A stretch of 64,000 nt of DNA from Candidatus Brocadiia bacterium. GTDB lineage: Bacteria; Planctomycetota; Brocadiia; CAIUPP01. Position numbers and translations under genes: made by a program. The stretch lies in assembly GCA_050015075.1 (NCBI GenBank), contig JBEKCB010000006.1, forward strand, positions 1 to 64,000, given 5' to 3'. Below, piece after piece: positions 29,425 to 41,985 of the stretch; within the stretch, counting starts at the first letter, position 1, and every line of letters begins with the position of its first letter. A model generated the notes under the pieces. That model made no database searches. It worked only from the letters and a program-made list of their open reading frames with translations, and had not been told where the DNA came from.

Positions 29425-30789
29425 CTACTGGGCCGCCTTGACGCGCTGGTCCTGAACTTCGACCGGACAGCCGGTGAAGGTGTTGCCCTCCAGCGTGATG
29501 GCCTCCGCCACCGGGCTGATGCGGATGGCGATCTTTTGCTTTCCATCCCTGCTGTTCTCGAAGCGGCAGTTGACGATGGTGAGTTGGCGGGTTTTCCCCC
29601 TGATGTCCACGCCGTACTCCCCTTCCGCGCCGCCATTGTCGCGAATCAAACAGCCTTCGATGCGATTGCGGTCGCCCTGGCGATTCTCACCGGGCTCTTC
29701 GCGGAATAGCACGCCCACCTCGCCGTTGCGCTCGATGATGCAGTTGCGCATGACGTTGTCCGTGTCCCGGTGGCCGAAGTTCGTGCCGAACTTGAGGTTC
29801 TCGGACAACGTGCAGTCCTCGGCCAGGCCGTCGCAGGCCGCCCAGCACCAGTAGAGTCCCTGCGAGTTGCGTTTCGCGATGCAGCCCTTGAAGACCGGCC
29901 GCTGCGAGCCGCTGCCCGGATGGAAACCCAGGTCGCCGTTGTTGAGCGCCTGGCAGTTCTCGAAGTGCCAGTCGTCGCAGACCTGGAAGCTGAACCCGTC
30001 GCCGTTGAAGTCGCGAGCGGTCACGTTCCGGAACGTCCAGTGATTGCAGTACAGCCCGTAGCAGGCCCCGCCGTAGTTGTCGTTCAGCCGCGCATTCCCT
30101 GCGCGGTTTCCGTCGAGGACGATATCCTCGACCGTCACGTTATCCACGCTGCGCCCGTACAGGATGGAAAAGAGCGTCTCGACCTTCGCCCCTTCCTCCA
30201 TCCAGAAATCCTTCTCGGTGCGCCGGTCCAGGTACAGAACGTTCTCGCGGATCGCCGTGACCGTGAAGAGCTGCACCTCGGTCACGTCATGCTCCGAGTC
30301 CGCCTGCTTATTTTGGACGGCGATCCCGCAGCCGACGGTGAACCCTTTCGGGTCGGCCACCTGGAGGCAGTACTCGAACCAGTCGGCTTCGCGGACGACC
30401 GGCGAAGTGACGCTGGGCGCTTTTTTCAGGACGGTCGTGTCGCCGGACCCGCGCAGCGTGATGCCCGGATGCAGGAAGATGGAGTTGCGCATCGTGTATG
30501 TGCCGGGAAGGACGCGGACGGTGCCGCCGCCGAGGCGGTAGACGTAGTCCATCGCGGCCTGGATGACCTTGTCGTCATTGCCCTGCAAGTCGCCTTCTCC
30601 CTGGCCGACCGTGACCTCCATTCGCTGCGGGTTGCGGATCGGCCGCATCGTGTTGAAATCAGCGGGCAGGTTCCGGGACATTCCTTTGGACTCCTTCATA
30701 TCGGCCGCCATCACGCTCGCCTGCGCGCCGGCGCAGAACAGTGCAAGCGCCAGCCATCCAATGCGTCTCGCGTCAATACTCGACTTCAT
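29425..30789 (-). CDS. Secreted right-handed parallel beta-helix (pectin-lyase-fold) protein, copy 1
   Basis: Signal peptide; IQAAMD..GGGTVRVLPGTY, ITLRGSG, repeated NC/N-rich coils; 454 aa. Confidence 0.85.
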   Translation of the reverse strand: MKSSIDARRIGWLALALFCAGAQASVMAADMKESKGMSRNLPADFNTMRPIRNPQRMEVTVGQGEGDLQGNDDKVIQAAMDYVYRLGGGTVRVLPGTYTMRNSIFLHPGITLRGSGDTTVLKKAPSVTSPVVREADWFEYCLQVADPKGFTVGCGIAVQNKQADSEHDVTEVQLFTVTAIRENVLYLDRRTEKDFWMEEGAKVETLFSILYGRSVDNVTVEDIVLDGNRAGNARLNDNYGGACYGLYCNHWTFRNVTARDFNGDGFSFQVCDDWHFENCQALNNGDLGFHPGSGSQRPVFKGCIAKRNSQGLYWCWAACDGLAEDCTLSENLKFGTNFGHRDTDNVMRNCIIERNGEVGVLFREEPGENRQGDRNRIEGCLIRDNGGAEGEYGVDIRGKTRQLTIVNCRFENSRDGKQKIAIRISPVAEAITLEGNTFTGCPVEVQDQRVKAAQ

Positions 30790-30893
30790 GGACACTTTCC
30801 TCTCCAACGCACAACTTTCGTGTGGGCCGTTGCCGCTTCAGCCGGGATTCCTCGTTTGACCGTCCAACAAAGGGCAGTCAGTTTTCGTGCGTG

Positions 30894-30922
30894 AGACTAC
30901 GCTGTCGAGTTGCCCCTGTCAA
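30894..30922 (-). promoter_or_regulatory. Sigma70-like promoter of beta-helix gene 1
   Basis: TTGACA-17 bp-TAGTCT; same AAGCTGCTTGACAG context as the copy at 33408-33436. Confidence 0.6.
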
Positions 30923-30952
30923 GCAGCTTCCCGTCAGCCCGCCGCTTCTCCT

Positions 30953-31033
30953 GTCATTCCCGCGAAGGCGGGAATCCAGGCGTTTCCGTGCGCGGCTTGC
31001 CGGCCGAAGGAGAGTTCCGGATTCCCGTTTCGG
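30953..31033. repeat. ATTCCC-N8-GGGAAT (dRS3-like/REP-like) palindrome, second arm truncated
   Basis: GTCATTCCCGCGAAGGCGGGAATCCA...GGATTCCCGTTTC; full copy at 61696-61772. Confidence 0.7.
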
Positions 31034-31169
31034 TGAAATGGCCTAATTCATTGCAGTAACATCTCTTGTGACACACTGGGTTCGTTTTTTTCAAATCGTC
31101 TTTTGCGCATCATCTCTCCGCCCCTCAGCAGGTTGCGACTTCTCATCTCGCATATCAGAAAGAAAGGTC

Positions 31170-31250
31170 TCTCGCAAAGACGCAAGGAGCGCCAAGAACG
31201 GCATATTCAGGTTGTTTTTAGTTCTTTGTGCTCTTAGCGTCTTGGCGAGA
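31170..31250. repeat. Inverted repeat with 3x9-bp arms (different nonamer)
   Basis: TCTCGCAAAGACGCAAGGAGCGCCAAGAAC ... GTTCTTTGTGCTCTTAGCGTCTTGGCGAGA. Confidence 0.7.
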
Positions 31251-31338
31251 TCATTCCGTTCTTCATGCGGACGTCAATCGCAATTGAGCAGGCGTTATTA
31301 TAACACCGGATATTCGGCGCGGAGCGGTCAGGGCAAAT

Positions 31339-31424
31339 GAGTGCGCCTGCGAGCGGTTTCAGTGCGCTTGGAAGCGGTTTAAGTGCGCTTCAGTGCGCTT
31401 CGGAGCGGGTTGAGTGCGCTTTTT
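31339..31424. repeat. Short degenerate tandem repeats with about 10-11 bp period
   Basis: Alternating AGTGCGCTT and AGCGGTTT units. Confidence 0.65.
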
Positions 31425-31593
31425 CCGGCGAGTTCCGTTTGACAGAGCCGCAACTCGTCAGCGACGGCCCCGTACTTCCGCGACTGGCACGCGATCAATG
31501 CTCTTGACGAGTTAAATTGATGGTGATATGCTCCTTTCTGTAGTTTGCGGGAAAGTCTCGTGGTCAGATCGGCCTTGTTGCGAGGCGGGGTTC

Positions 31594-31818
31594 TTGGACC
31601 TTCAGGGCGTTCTTGAGGCGTTGCGACGGCAGCCGTTTGAGCCTTTTGCAATCTCATTGGCTGACGGCCGCAGTCTGCGCGTCACGCATCCCGAGGCTGT
31701 AGCGGTTGGAAGGCGCCGCATTATCGTTGTCAACCCGGACGACTCGTGGACGGTCATCGAGCCTTTGCTGATCGAGTCGTTGGATTACAACGGCGCTCAC
31801 CGCAAGCGGCGAAATTAA
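31594..31818 (+). CDS. Small hypothetical protein
   Basis: LRRQPFEPFAISLADGRSLRVTHPE pattern, which I recall from small Planctomycete proteins; TTG start assumed. Confidence 0.6.
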   Translation: MDLQGVLEALRRQPFEPFAISLADGRSLRVTHPEAVAVGRRRIIVVNPDDSWTVIEPLLIESLDYNGAHRKRRN

Positions 31819-31852
31819 TGGCCCTCGCACTTGCCGGCGGGGCCTGAGCCTG

Positions 31853-31912
31853 TCGCCCTCGTCCTCGGTCGTGCAGATGAGCAGTTCGAGGACGACGACG
31901 ACGACGAGGACG
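31853..31912. repeat. (GTC)n/(GAC)n hairpin element, copy 1
   Basis: Core CTCGGTCGTGCAGATGAGCAGTTCGAGGACGA (31864-31895) matches 34506-34537 at 28/32. Confidence 0.7.
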
Positions 31913-31964
31913 CGTACGATGCGATTCCCGCCTGGTCATTCATACCTGTATACGCCCCGCTGTG

Positions 31965-33329
31965 CTACTTGGCCGGTTTGACGCGCTGATCCAGGACCTC
32001 GACGGGGCAATCGGTAAAGGTGTTGCCTTCCAGCGTGATTCGTTCCGCCTCGGGGCTGATGCGGATGGCGACTTTTTGCTTGCCGTCCTTGCTGTTCTTG
32101 AAGCGGCAGTTGACGATGGTGATGTCGCGCGTCCTGCCCTGAATGTCCACGCCGCAGTCGCCCAGGGCGCCGCCGTTGTCGCTGATCGCGCAGCCCTCGA
32201 GGCGGTTGCGGTCGCCCTGGCGGTTCTCGCCCTGTTCGATCCGGAAATTGACGCCCGATTTGCCGTTGCGCTCGATGGCGCAATTGCGGAGGACGTTGTC
32301 GGTGTCCCTGTGGCCGAAGTTCGTCCCGTACCGGATGTTGTCGGACAATGTGCAGTCCTCGGCCAGGCCGTCGCAGGCCGACCAGCACCAGTAGAGCCCC
32401 TCGTAGTTCCCCTTCGCGACGCAGCTCTTGAAGGTCGGCCGCTGCGATCCGCTGCCGGGATGGAAGCCCAGGACCGTGTTGTTGAGCGACCGGCAGTTCT
32501 CGAAACGGAAGTCGTTGCTGCCCTGGAAGCTGAATCCGTCGCCGTTGAAGTCGTGCGCGATCACGTTCCGGAAGCTCCAGCGATTGCAGTTCTGCGCGAA
32601 AGCGGCGCAGCCGTAGTTGTCGTCCAGTTTCGCATTCTCGGCGCGGCTTCCGTCGAGGACGATGTCCTCGACCGATACGTCATTCACGTCGCGCCCGTAA
32701 AGGATGGAGAAGAGCGTCTGGACCTTGGCCTCGGTCTCCATCCAGTAATCCTTCTCGCAGTGGCGGTCGAGGTACAGGACATTTCCCTGGATCGCCGTGA
32801 CGGTGTAGAAGGCGATCTCCGTTATGTCATGCTCCGCGGCCGACGGCTTGTTCTGGACGCAAATCCCGCAGCCGACGGTGAACCCTTTCGGGTCGGCCAC
32901 CTGGAGGCAGTACTCGAACGCGTCGGCGTCGCGGGTGAGCGACGTGCTGACGCTGGGCGCTTTCTTGAGGATGGTCTTGTCGCCGGAGCCGCGCAAGGTG
33001 ATGCCCGGCCGGAGGAAGATGGAGTTGCGCATCATGTACGAGCCGGGGAGCACGCGGACCGCGCCGCCGCCCAGGCGGAAAACGTAGTCCACCGCCGCCT
33101 GGATGACCTTGTCGTCATTGCCCTGCAGGTCTCCTTCACCCTGGCCGACGGTGATCTCCATTCGCTGCGGCTTGCGGATCGGGCGCATAGTGCTGAAATC
33201 GGCGGGCAGGTTCTGTGACATTCCTTTGGGCTCCTTCATATCGGCTGCCATCGCGTCCACCGGCGCGCCGGCGCACACAAACGCTAGCGCCAGCCATCCG
33301 ATAGGCCTCGCGACTATGCTCGATTTCAT
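31965..33329 (-). CDS. Secreted right-handed parallel beta-helix protein, copy 2
   Basis: Same length as copy 1 (454 aa), with long identical stretches (GEGDLQGNDDKVIQAA, GFHPGSGSQRP, GTNFGHRDTDNV). Confidence 0.85.
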   Translation of the reverse strand: MKSSIVARPIGWLALAFVCAGAPVDAMAADMKEPKGMSQNLPADFSTMRPIRKPQRMEITVGQGEGDLQGNDDKVIQAAVDYVFRLGGGAVRVLPGSYMMRNSIFLRPGITLRGSGDKTILKKAPSVSTSLTRDADAFEYCLQVADPKGFTVGCGICVQNKPSAAEHDITEIAFYTVTAIQGNVLYLDRHCEKDYWMETEAKVQTLFSILYGRDVNDVSVEDIVLDGSRAENAKLDDNYGCAAFAQNCNRWSFRNVIAHDFNGDGFSFQGSNDFRFENCRSLNNTVLGFHPGSGSQRPTFKSCVAKGNYEGLYWCWSACDGLAEDCTLSDNIRYGTNFGHRDTDNVLRNCAIERNGKSGVNFRIEQGENRQGDRNRLEGCAISDNGGALGDCGVDIQGRTRDITIVNCRFKNSKDGKQKVAIRISPEAERITLEGNTFTDCPVEVLDQRVKPAK

Positions 33330-33407
33330 GGACCGCTTCCTCTCCAACACTTCAGCCGCGATTTCCCGTCCAACCGTCCTCCAAAGCCCGGCCTCCTTTG
33401 GAGCGCG

Positions 33408-33436
33408 AGATTACATGGTCGAATTACCGCTGTCAA
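33408..33436 (-). promoter_or_regulatory. Sigma70-like promoter of beta-helix gene 2
   Basis: TTGACA-17 bp-TAATCT. Confidence 0.6.
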
Positions 33437-33635
33437 GCAGCTTGCGTCAGTGGGCTTTTTCCGGCGAACTGCACTTGACAGGCTGATGTGATATCCGACT
33501 TGTCCGCCGTAGCCCTGAGCGCAGCCGAAGGGGCGAAGACGGATTAGCGAGTCCGGCGGCGAACTGTCAAGATGCGGACAATAGCCGGCGATGCGTACAG
33601 GAAAAAGGCCGAGAAAACGCGGCCCACGCTTGCTT

Positions 33636-33665
33636 CACACATCGTATTGTGTTATGCTGTGTGTG
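33636..33665. promoter_or_regulatory. Probable vapBC operator
   Basis: CACACA...TGTGTG inverted repeat just before the GGAGGTGA RBS. Confidence 0.5.
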
Positions 33666-33677
33666 GAGGTGATGACC

Positions 33678-33878
33678 ATGGCAACCAATCTGCAGCTCGA
33701 TGACCGACTCATCCGGAAGGCCGTCATGCTGGGCGGGCACAGGACGAAGAAGGCCGCTGTCACCCAGGCGTTGACGGACTACGTGCGCCATCTTCAGCAG
33801 GAGAAGATTCTCTCGCTGTTCGGTAAGGTGGATTTCGACCCTGATTACGACTACAAGAAACAAAGGGCGAAGGGGTGA
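33678..33878 (+). CDS. vapB: VapB-type antitoxin (DUF2191/RHH)
   Basis: MATNLQLDDRLI..A..LGGHRTKKAAVT.AL...DYDYK. Confidence 0.88.
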   Translation: MATNLQLDDRLIRKAVMLGGHRTKKAAVTQALTDYVRHLQQEKILSLFGKVDFDPDYDYKKQRAKG

Positions 33879-34288
33879 GAGTGCTCGTAGATACGAGCGT
33901 GTGGTCGCTGGCCTTGCGGCGCGGGCAACAGAGAGAACGGCCCGAAGCAGCGGAGCTTCGCCGCCTGATTGCCGATCACCGCGTGGAAATCATCGGCCCT
34001 GTCCGGCAGGAGATTCTTTCGGGAATTCGTGAGCCTTCTCACTTTGAAAAGCTCGAAGAGCGTCTTGCGGATTTCCCGGACTCGCCTATCAGGACTGAAG
34101 ACTATGTAACCGCTGCCAAGTTCTTCAATCTGTGTCGTTCGAAAGGCGTCCAGGGAGCAAACACTGATTTCCTGATTTGCGCCTTGGCCGTGCGAAACGA
34201 ATTCGCCATTTTTACGACCGACAAAGACTTCGCGCTTTTCGCCAAGTGCCTGCCGATTGTGCTGCATAAAAATGCAGAAGATGGGTAA
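33875..34288 (+). CDS. vapC: VapC PIN-domain toxin
   Basis: VLVDTSVW, QEILSG, TDFLICA, FTTDKDF; GTGA overlap with vapB. Confidence 0.92.
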   Translation: MRVLVDTSVWSLALRRGQQRERPEAAELRRLIADHRVEIIGPVRQEILSGIREPSHFEKLEERLADFPDSPIRTEDYVTAAKFFNLCRSKGVQGANTDFLICALAVRNEFAIFTTDKDFALFAKCLPIVLHKNAEDG

Positions 34289-34482
34289 ATATGGTCCTTT
34301 GAAAAGTGCTTCTGGAGCTTTTCGGCAAGATGCACCGGATTCTTATTGAAACTGTGACAGCATAAGTGTTATGTCGTTGTATCGAGCCTCTGTTGGGCGT
34401 GTCGTTGGATTAGATTACAAAGGCGCTCGGCGCGTGCGAGGAGATTCTTAACCTTCGCAGGTATCAGCAAAGTCACAGCCAA

Positions 34483-34540
34483 TCGTCCTCGTCGTCGTCC
34501 TCGCTCTCGGTCGTGAAGGTGAACGGTTCGAGGACGAGGC
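34483..34540. repeat. (GTC)n/(GAC)n hairpin element, copy 2
   Basis: TCGTCCTCGTCGTCGTCCTCG...TTCGAGGACGA between the convergent vapC and uvrA. Confidence 0.7.
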
Positions 34541-34565
34541 AGTTCTCGCCTGGGCGTTTATGCCT

Positions 34566-37435
<2,870 letters not shown>

Positions 37436-37439
<4 letters not shown>

Positions 37440-38428
37440 GGGAACGGCTCCTCCTCGACGGGCGCGGCGTTCGCCAGGCGCAGGCGCGCCTCGCGGACAT
37501 CGGCGGCGATGCGCTCGGCCAGCGACTCGGCCGACGGGAAAATCTCCTCGGCGCGGATGCGGTCCACGAACTGGACCTCGACATCCTGCCCGTAAAGGTC
37601 GCCGGAGAAATCCAGGATGTGCGTTTCCACGATGATCCGTTCCGAGAGATACGCCGGGCCGGTCGGCTGCAGCGTCGGCGCCGGGCCGATGTTCGTTACG
37701 GAATCGCGCATCGAGCCGCCGATCAGGCAGCGCGTGGCATAGACGCCCTGCGGCGGCCGAACCTCGTGATGCAGGTCCAGGTTGATCGTCGGGAAGCCGA
37801 TCCGCCGGCCGCGGCCCAGGCCGGCGATAACCGTGCCGCGGACGCACACGCGGCGGCCCAGCAGGCGCTCGGCCAGGCGCAGGTCGCCGGCGCGGATGGC
37901 CTCGCGCAGACGCGTGCTGCTGACCGGCGCGCCGTCGAGTTCCACCACCGGGACGGAGCGGGCCTCGAAATGGAATTGCGCCGCCAGACGGCGCATCAGC
38001 TCGAAGTCTCCGCGCCCGTCGCGCCCGAAGCGCGTATCGTGCCCGAGCAGCACGCCTTCCGCCTTCAGCCGGTCCACGAGAAGGTCCTTCACGAATTCCT
38101 CCGGTTCGAGCGCCGCGAGCGGCGGTTCGAACGTCAGCACGACCGTCGTGTCGAGCCCGAGCCGTTCGAAGAGCATCAGTCGGTGGTCCAGCGACAGGAT
38201 TTGTCCCCAGGACGCGCCATGCGGCAGGCGGGGCTTGCCCGTCAGGGCCGCGCGCGGCGGGCGGTCGAACGTGACGACGACGGCGTCGCCGCCGGTCTCG
38301 CGCGCCCAGGCGAGCAGGCGCCGCAGCACGCTGAGGTGCCCGCGGTGCACGCCGTCAAAAGTGCCAAGGGTCACCTTGGCCTTCGTGAACGGGCCGATCG
38401 CGGATGTGAGACCGTGGAACGTTTTCAC
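37436..38428 (-). CDS. ribF: Bifunctional riboflavin kinase / FAD synthetase
   Basis: [49 protein letters not shown]. Confidence 0.95.
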
Positions 38429-38528
38429 ATGTCACCGGACGCAAGTGCCTCGCTGCGCCAGATCATATCGGCAGGAGAAGCTACGGCCGCCCTGCGCCGC
38501 GCCGTATTCTTCCCGTTGTTCCTCGGCG

Positions 38529-40304
38529 TCATTGCATCTGCGAGCCGAGGTAATTCATCACTTCCTGCGACGGGTGCGCGTCGCGGCGCACGTCGGCGAG
38601 CCAGGTCTGCCTGACGGTGTCGCGCTTGCGGGACAGGAGATCCTCGGTGATGCCCGCGATGTTCTTTTCGAAATCTGCGCGGTCGGCGGGCTTCACGGCG
38701 ACCCGCTTCAGGAGGAAGACGGCGCGCGCGCCGGCCGGCTCCAGCGCCTTGCCCACTTCGTTGTCCTTGAGCGCGAACGCCGCATCGGCGAAATGGCTAT
38801 AGTCGTAGTCCCCGGGCAGACCGATCCTCATCGCGAACCGGTATCCCATGTATTCCTTGGGACGGGTGAAGAAATCGCTCTTCCCGCGCTCCACGCAGTC
38901 CTTGAGGTCCTTCTGGATTTCCTCCTGCGTGAAGGAAAGCGCCTTCAGCCGCTCGGCGACCGCGGCCTCGATTTTCGCCGCGGCGGCGTCGAGGCTCGAC
39001 GGGTTATCCTTCAACGCCTGCTCGGCCATTTCCTGCGCCAGATCGTATCCCTTCGCCGCGCGATAGTCCTTCTCGACCTGCTTGCGAATGGCGTCGAACG
39101 GCGCGGGACGCGGGTCCTGAATCTTCAGGATCTGAAAGATGAACTTGCCGTCGCGCGCCTCGAGCGTCACGCTGGGCCGGCGGATGTTCGAGGCCGACTG
39201 GCCGAAGGCCTTGGACCTGAGATCGGTCGCTCCCGGGAGTATCATGTCCGCCTTGTCGGCGGGGAACAGCGGGCTGACCTGGTGGACCAGGTTGAACTTC
39301 TTCGCGATTGCCGCGAAATCGGCGGCGCGGACTTCTTCCGATCCGAAAGGCACCTCGGTCTGGGTGGCGATCTCGTCGTTGACGTCCTTCATGTCCTCGT
39401 CCACGACGCGCATGGCCTCTTCCTTGCGCAGCTCGGCCTCGATCTGCGGGGCCACCTCGGCCAGCGGCTTGAACTTGGGCGGCTCGTCCGGCTTGGCCTC
39501 TTGCGGGGGCACGCGGACGCGGTACTGGTCCTTGTGCGCGTTGTAATAGGCGTTCACCTGCTGCTGCGTGATGACGACGCTGTCGAGATATCGCGCGGTG
39601 GGACACAGGAGGTACTCGATGCTGACCTGCTCCGGTTCCAGGTAGCCGACGTCGTTCGGGTCGCGCTCCGGCGGGGTGTTCTTGTGTTCATCGTAGAATT
39701 CCTGCACCGACTTGTCATCCGCGGCGACCAGCGGCGCGAACGCGTCGGCGCGGAGGGCGATGTATTCCGCCATGACGCGCTCGTTGTCGCGGGCGTACCA
39801 GAGCCAGGCTTCGTTTTCGGGGAGCGTCACCGACATCAGCACCGTGCGCGCCAGGGTGACGGCGGTCAGATAGGTCTTCAGCGAGTTTTCGAACGACTGC
39901 TCAGACAGGCGGGCCCGCTCGAGGAACACCGCGTACTCCTTCGCGTCGTAGCCCAAGCCGCTCTGAGAGGGGAAGCGCATCTTGAGGAGTTCGGCGATCT
40001 CATCGTCGCCGGCGTTGATGCCGTATCGTTTCGCCTCTTCCGCGAGGATGAGCATCTGCCAGGCCTGCGCCCGGGCCGCCTCGACGTCCGTCCGGCGCTG
40101 GCTCAGCGAACTGAGCGTCATGGCCAGCGCGTCCACCTGCTGCGCCGGCACCGCCTTGCCGAAGATTTTCCCTTGCGGCCCGGGGGTCTTGGCGAACAGG
40201 TAGTTCCACGGCACGAGCCAGGTCACCATGATGACCACGCAGATGACGACGAGCAAAACACCGGCCTTCTCTCGCATCCACTTGTTCATATCGGCCATGT
40301 GCAT
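38529..40304 (-). CDS. PpiD/SurA-N-terminal-domain membrane-anchored chaperone-like protein
   Basis: N-terminal TM; ILAEEAKRYGI..GDDEI, FYDEHK...YLEPEQV.IEY, PLAEVAPQIE, DFAAIAKKF. Confidence 0.7.
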   Translation of the reverse strand: MHMADMNKWMREKAGVLLVVICVVIMVTWLVPWNYLFAKTPGPQGKIFGKAVPAQQVDALAMTLSSLSQRRTDVEAARAQAWQMLILAEEAKRYGINAGDDEIAELLKMRFPSQSGLGYDAKEYAVFLERARLSEQSFENSLKTYLTAVTLARTVLMSVTLPENEAWLWYARDNERVMAEYIALRADAFAPLVAADDKSVQEFYDEHKNTPPERDPNDVGYLEPEQVSIEYLLCPTARYLDSVVITQQQVNAYYNAHKDQYRVRVPPQEAKPDEPPKFKPLAEVAPQIEAELRKEEAMRVVDEDMKDVNDEIATQTEVPFGSEEVRAADFAAIAKKFNLVHQVSPLFPADKADMILPGATDLRSKAFGQSASNIRRPSVTLEARDGKFIFQILKIQDPRPAPFDAIRKQVEKDYRAAKGYDLAQEMAEQALKDNPSSLDAAAAKIEAAVAERLKALSFTQEEIQKDLKDCVERGKSDFFTRPKEYMGYRFAMRIGLPGDYDYSHFADAAFALKDNEVGKALEPAGARAVFLLKRVAVKPADRADFEKNIAGITEDLLSRKRDTVRQTWLADVRRDAHPSQEVMNYLGSQMQ

Positions 40305-40359
40305 AGAGCGCGCTCCTCAGATAATCAGGTCATCGCAAGGCGCATACTCGAAACGCTGC

Positions 40360-40388
40360 ATTATAATCCGATCCGCCCGCGGCTTCAA
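40360..40388 (-). promoter_or_regulatory. Sigma70-like promoter for the SurA-like/ribF/uvrA genes
   Basis: TTGAAG-17 bp-TATAAT. Confidence 0.6.
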
Positions 40389-40418
40389 GGCATCCCTGAC
40401 TGAGCGGGAACGCAGACC

Positions 40419-40447
40419 TTGACACGCTCGCCGGGCGGTGCGATAAT
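40419..40447 (+). promoter_or_regulatory. Sigma70-like promoter upstream of the cobalamin riboswitch
   Basis: TTGACA-17 bp-GATAAT with an extended TG. Confidence 0.6.
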
Positions 40448-40459
40448 CCGACGAGTTGT

Positions 40460-40655
40460 TGCAACGCTCACAGGCGCCCGCGAGGGCGTGAAGGGAAGAC
40501 GGTGAAATTCCGTCGCGGTCCCGCCGCTGTGATCGGGGACGAAAGCCGCATCGCGCGCAGGAAACTGCGCGCGCTTGGCCACTGTTCGGGGCGATCCCCG
40601 GACGGGAAGGCGCGGCAAGTAGGATGATCCGAGAGCCAGAAGACCTGCCTGTGCG
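40460..40655 (+). ncRNA. Cobalamin (AdoCbl) riboswitch
   Basis: AAGGGAA..CGGTGAAATTCCG..GCGGTCCCGCCGCTGTGA, GCCACTG, GGGAAGGC, B12 box AGCCAGAAGACCTGCC; P1 CACAGGC/GCCTGTG; upstream of the cob/btu genes. Confidence 0.93.
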
Positions 40656-40884
40656 CGCTTCGCTTCATGTCGCATGGCCCGCTCGCAGAGCGGGACATGC
40701 TAAGGCTCCGAGGCTGGGCTGATGAAGATGCGGCTGGGCGGCCACACCGATTGCTCCCCTGCGCCTTCGAGGCAAGGGGCATATTGTTGTTCCAACCCGC
40801 GCGCTCCATCCCTCGACCTCCGCCTCATGAAGTAACCCCGTCCGCGGCCTCCGGAAGAGAGTCCGCCATGGAAAGGAGAGGGAC

Positions 40885-41985
40885 GTGAGCAGTCAGCGTT
40901 ATCCTGGTCGCACGGTGAGGTCGCGCAGGTCGGCGCCGGCGTTTGGGGTGGGCGCGTTCACGCTGATCGAGATGCTGGCCGTCATCGCCATCATCGGTAT
41001 CCTGGCCGGGCTGCTTCTGCCCGCGATCACCGCCGCGCGCGAGCGCGGTCGCGAGGCCGCGTGCAGCAGCAACCTGCGCCAGCTCTTCATGGCCACGGAG
41101 ATGTACTGCAACCATTTCGATGAGTACTACTTCCCCGCCGCCCGCGACGTGAACACGACCAACCTCGAACGCTGGCACGGCATCCGCCAGCAGACCGGCA
41201 CCGATCCGGTGACAAGTGCGCCGATATACACCCCGTTCGACCCGAGCCTGGGCAAGCTCGCTCCGTACCTCTACATCAACACCGTCGTCAACACCACCGG
41301 CACCGCGGGTAACACCGGCACCGTCGAGGCGCAGATCAAGCAGTGCCCCACTTTCGCCGGCAAGTGGATCGGCGCGGGCGCTTATGAGATCGGCTGCGGC
41401 GGCTACGGCATGAGCCACCTGTACGTCGGCAGCCATGAATACAAGACGCCGGTCTACTATACGAGCGACGTGGTGAGCGCGCCGAGTACTTTCGACGACC
41501 TGACCGCCGTCGAATGCGGCTCCAACCGGCATGAAGTGCGCGTGCCGGAGCAGACGCTCCTCTTCGCCGATGCGGCCGCGCCGGACGCCAATTTCTCCGG
41601 CAAGGTCATCGAGTACTCCTTCGCGGAGCCGAACTACTTTACCAATTCCGGGCGGTGGGACCCGACGCTGCCGCCCTGGGGCGACTTCCATCCCGATCCG
41701 AACTATCCGCCCGACACCGTGGACCTCTCGCACTCGGACAATCCGTCGCTCCATTTCCGGCACACCGGCAATGCCAACGTCCTCTGGTGCGACGGGCACG
41801 TCAGCAGCGAGGGGCCGCTGTTCTCGCGGACGCTGACCGCGACGATCTTCTCAACCGGCTTGCAGACGTCCGTGGACTACTCGACGTACGGGCTCGGATG
41901 GTTCGGCGCCGACGACAACTCGGCCTTCCGGCTCGAGAAGAATACCGCGCAGTGCGTGCAGATCCCTGTTCCACCGGCGGAATAA
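40885..41985 (+). CDS. Prepilin-type N-terminal cleavage protein with H-X9-DG motif (DUF1559-like)
   Basis: [31 protein letters not shown]...ACSSNLRQL; [15 protein letters not shown]. Confidence 0.9.
   Translation: MSSQRYPGRTVRSRRSAPAFGVGAFTLIEMLAVIAIIGILAGLLLPAITAARERGREAACSSNLRQLFMATEMYCNHFDEYYFPAARDVNTTNLERWHGIRQQTGTDPVTSAPIYTPFDPSLGKLAPYLYINTVVNTTGTAGNTGTVEAQIKQCPTFAGKWIGAGAYEIGCGGYGMSHLYVGSHEYKTPVYYTSDVVSAPSTFDDLTAVECGSNRHEVRVPEQTLLFADAAAPDANFSGKVIEYSFAEPNYFTNSGRWDPTLPPWGDFHPDPNYPPDTVDLSHSDNPSLHFRHTGNANVLWCDGHVSSEGPLFSRTLTATIFSTGLQTSVDYSTYGLGWFGADDNSAFRLEKNTAQCVQIPVPPAE

Noticed and set aside
37440-37847. N-terminal extension of UvrA (1093-aa ORF)
   Set aside because: Out-of-frame overlap with ribF; GTG 37439 gives a normal length and a 4-bp overlap.
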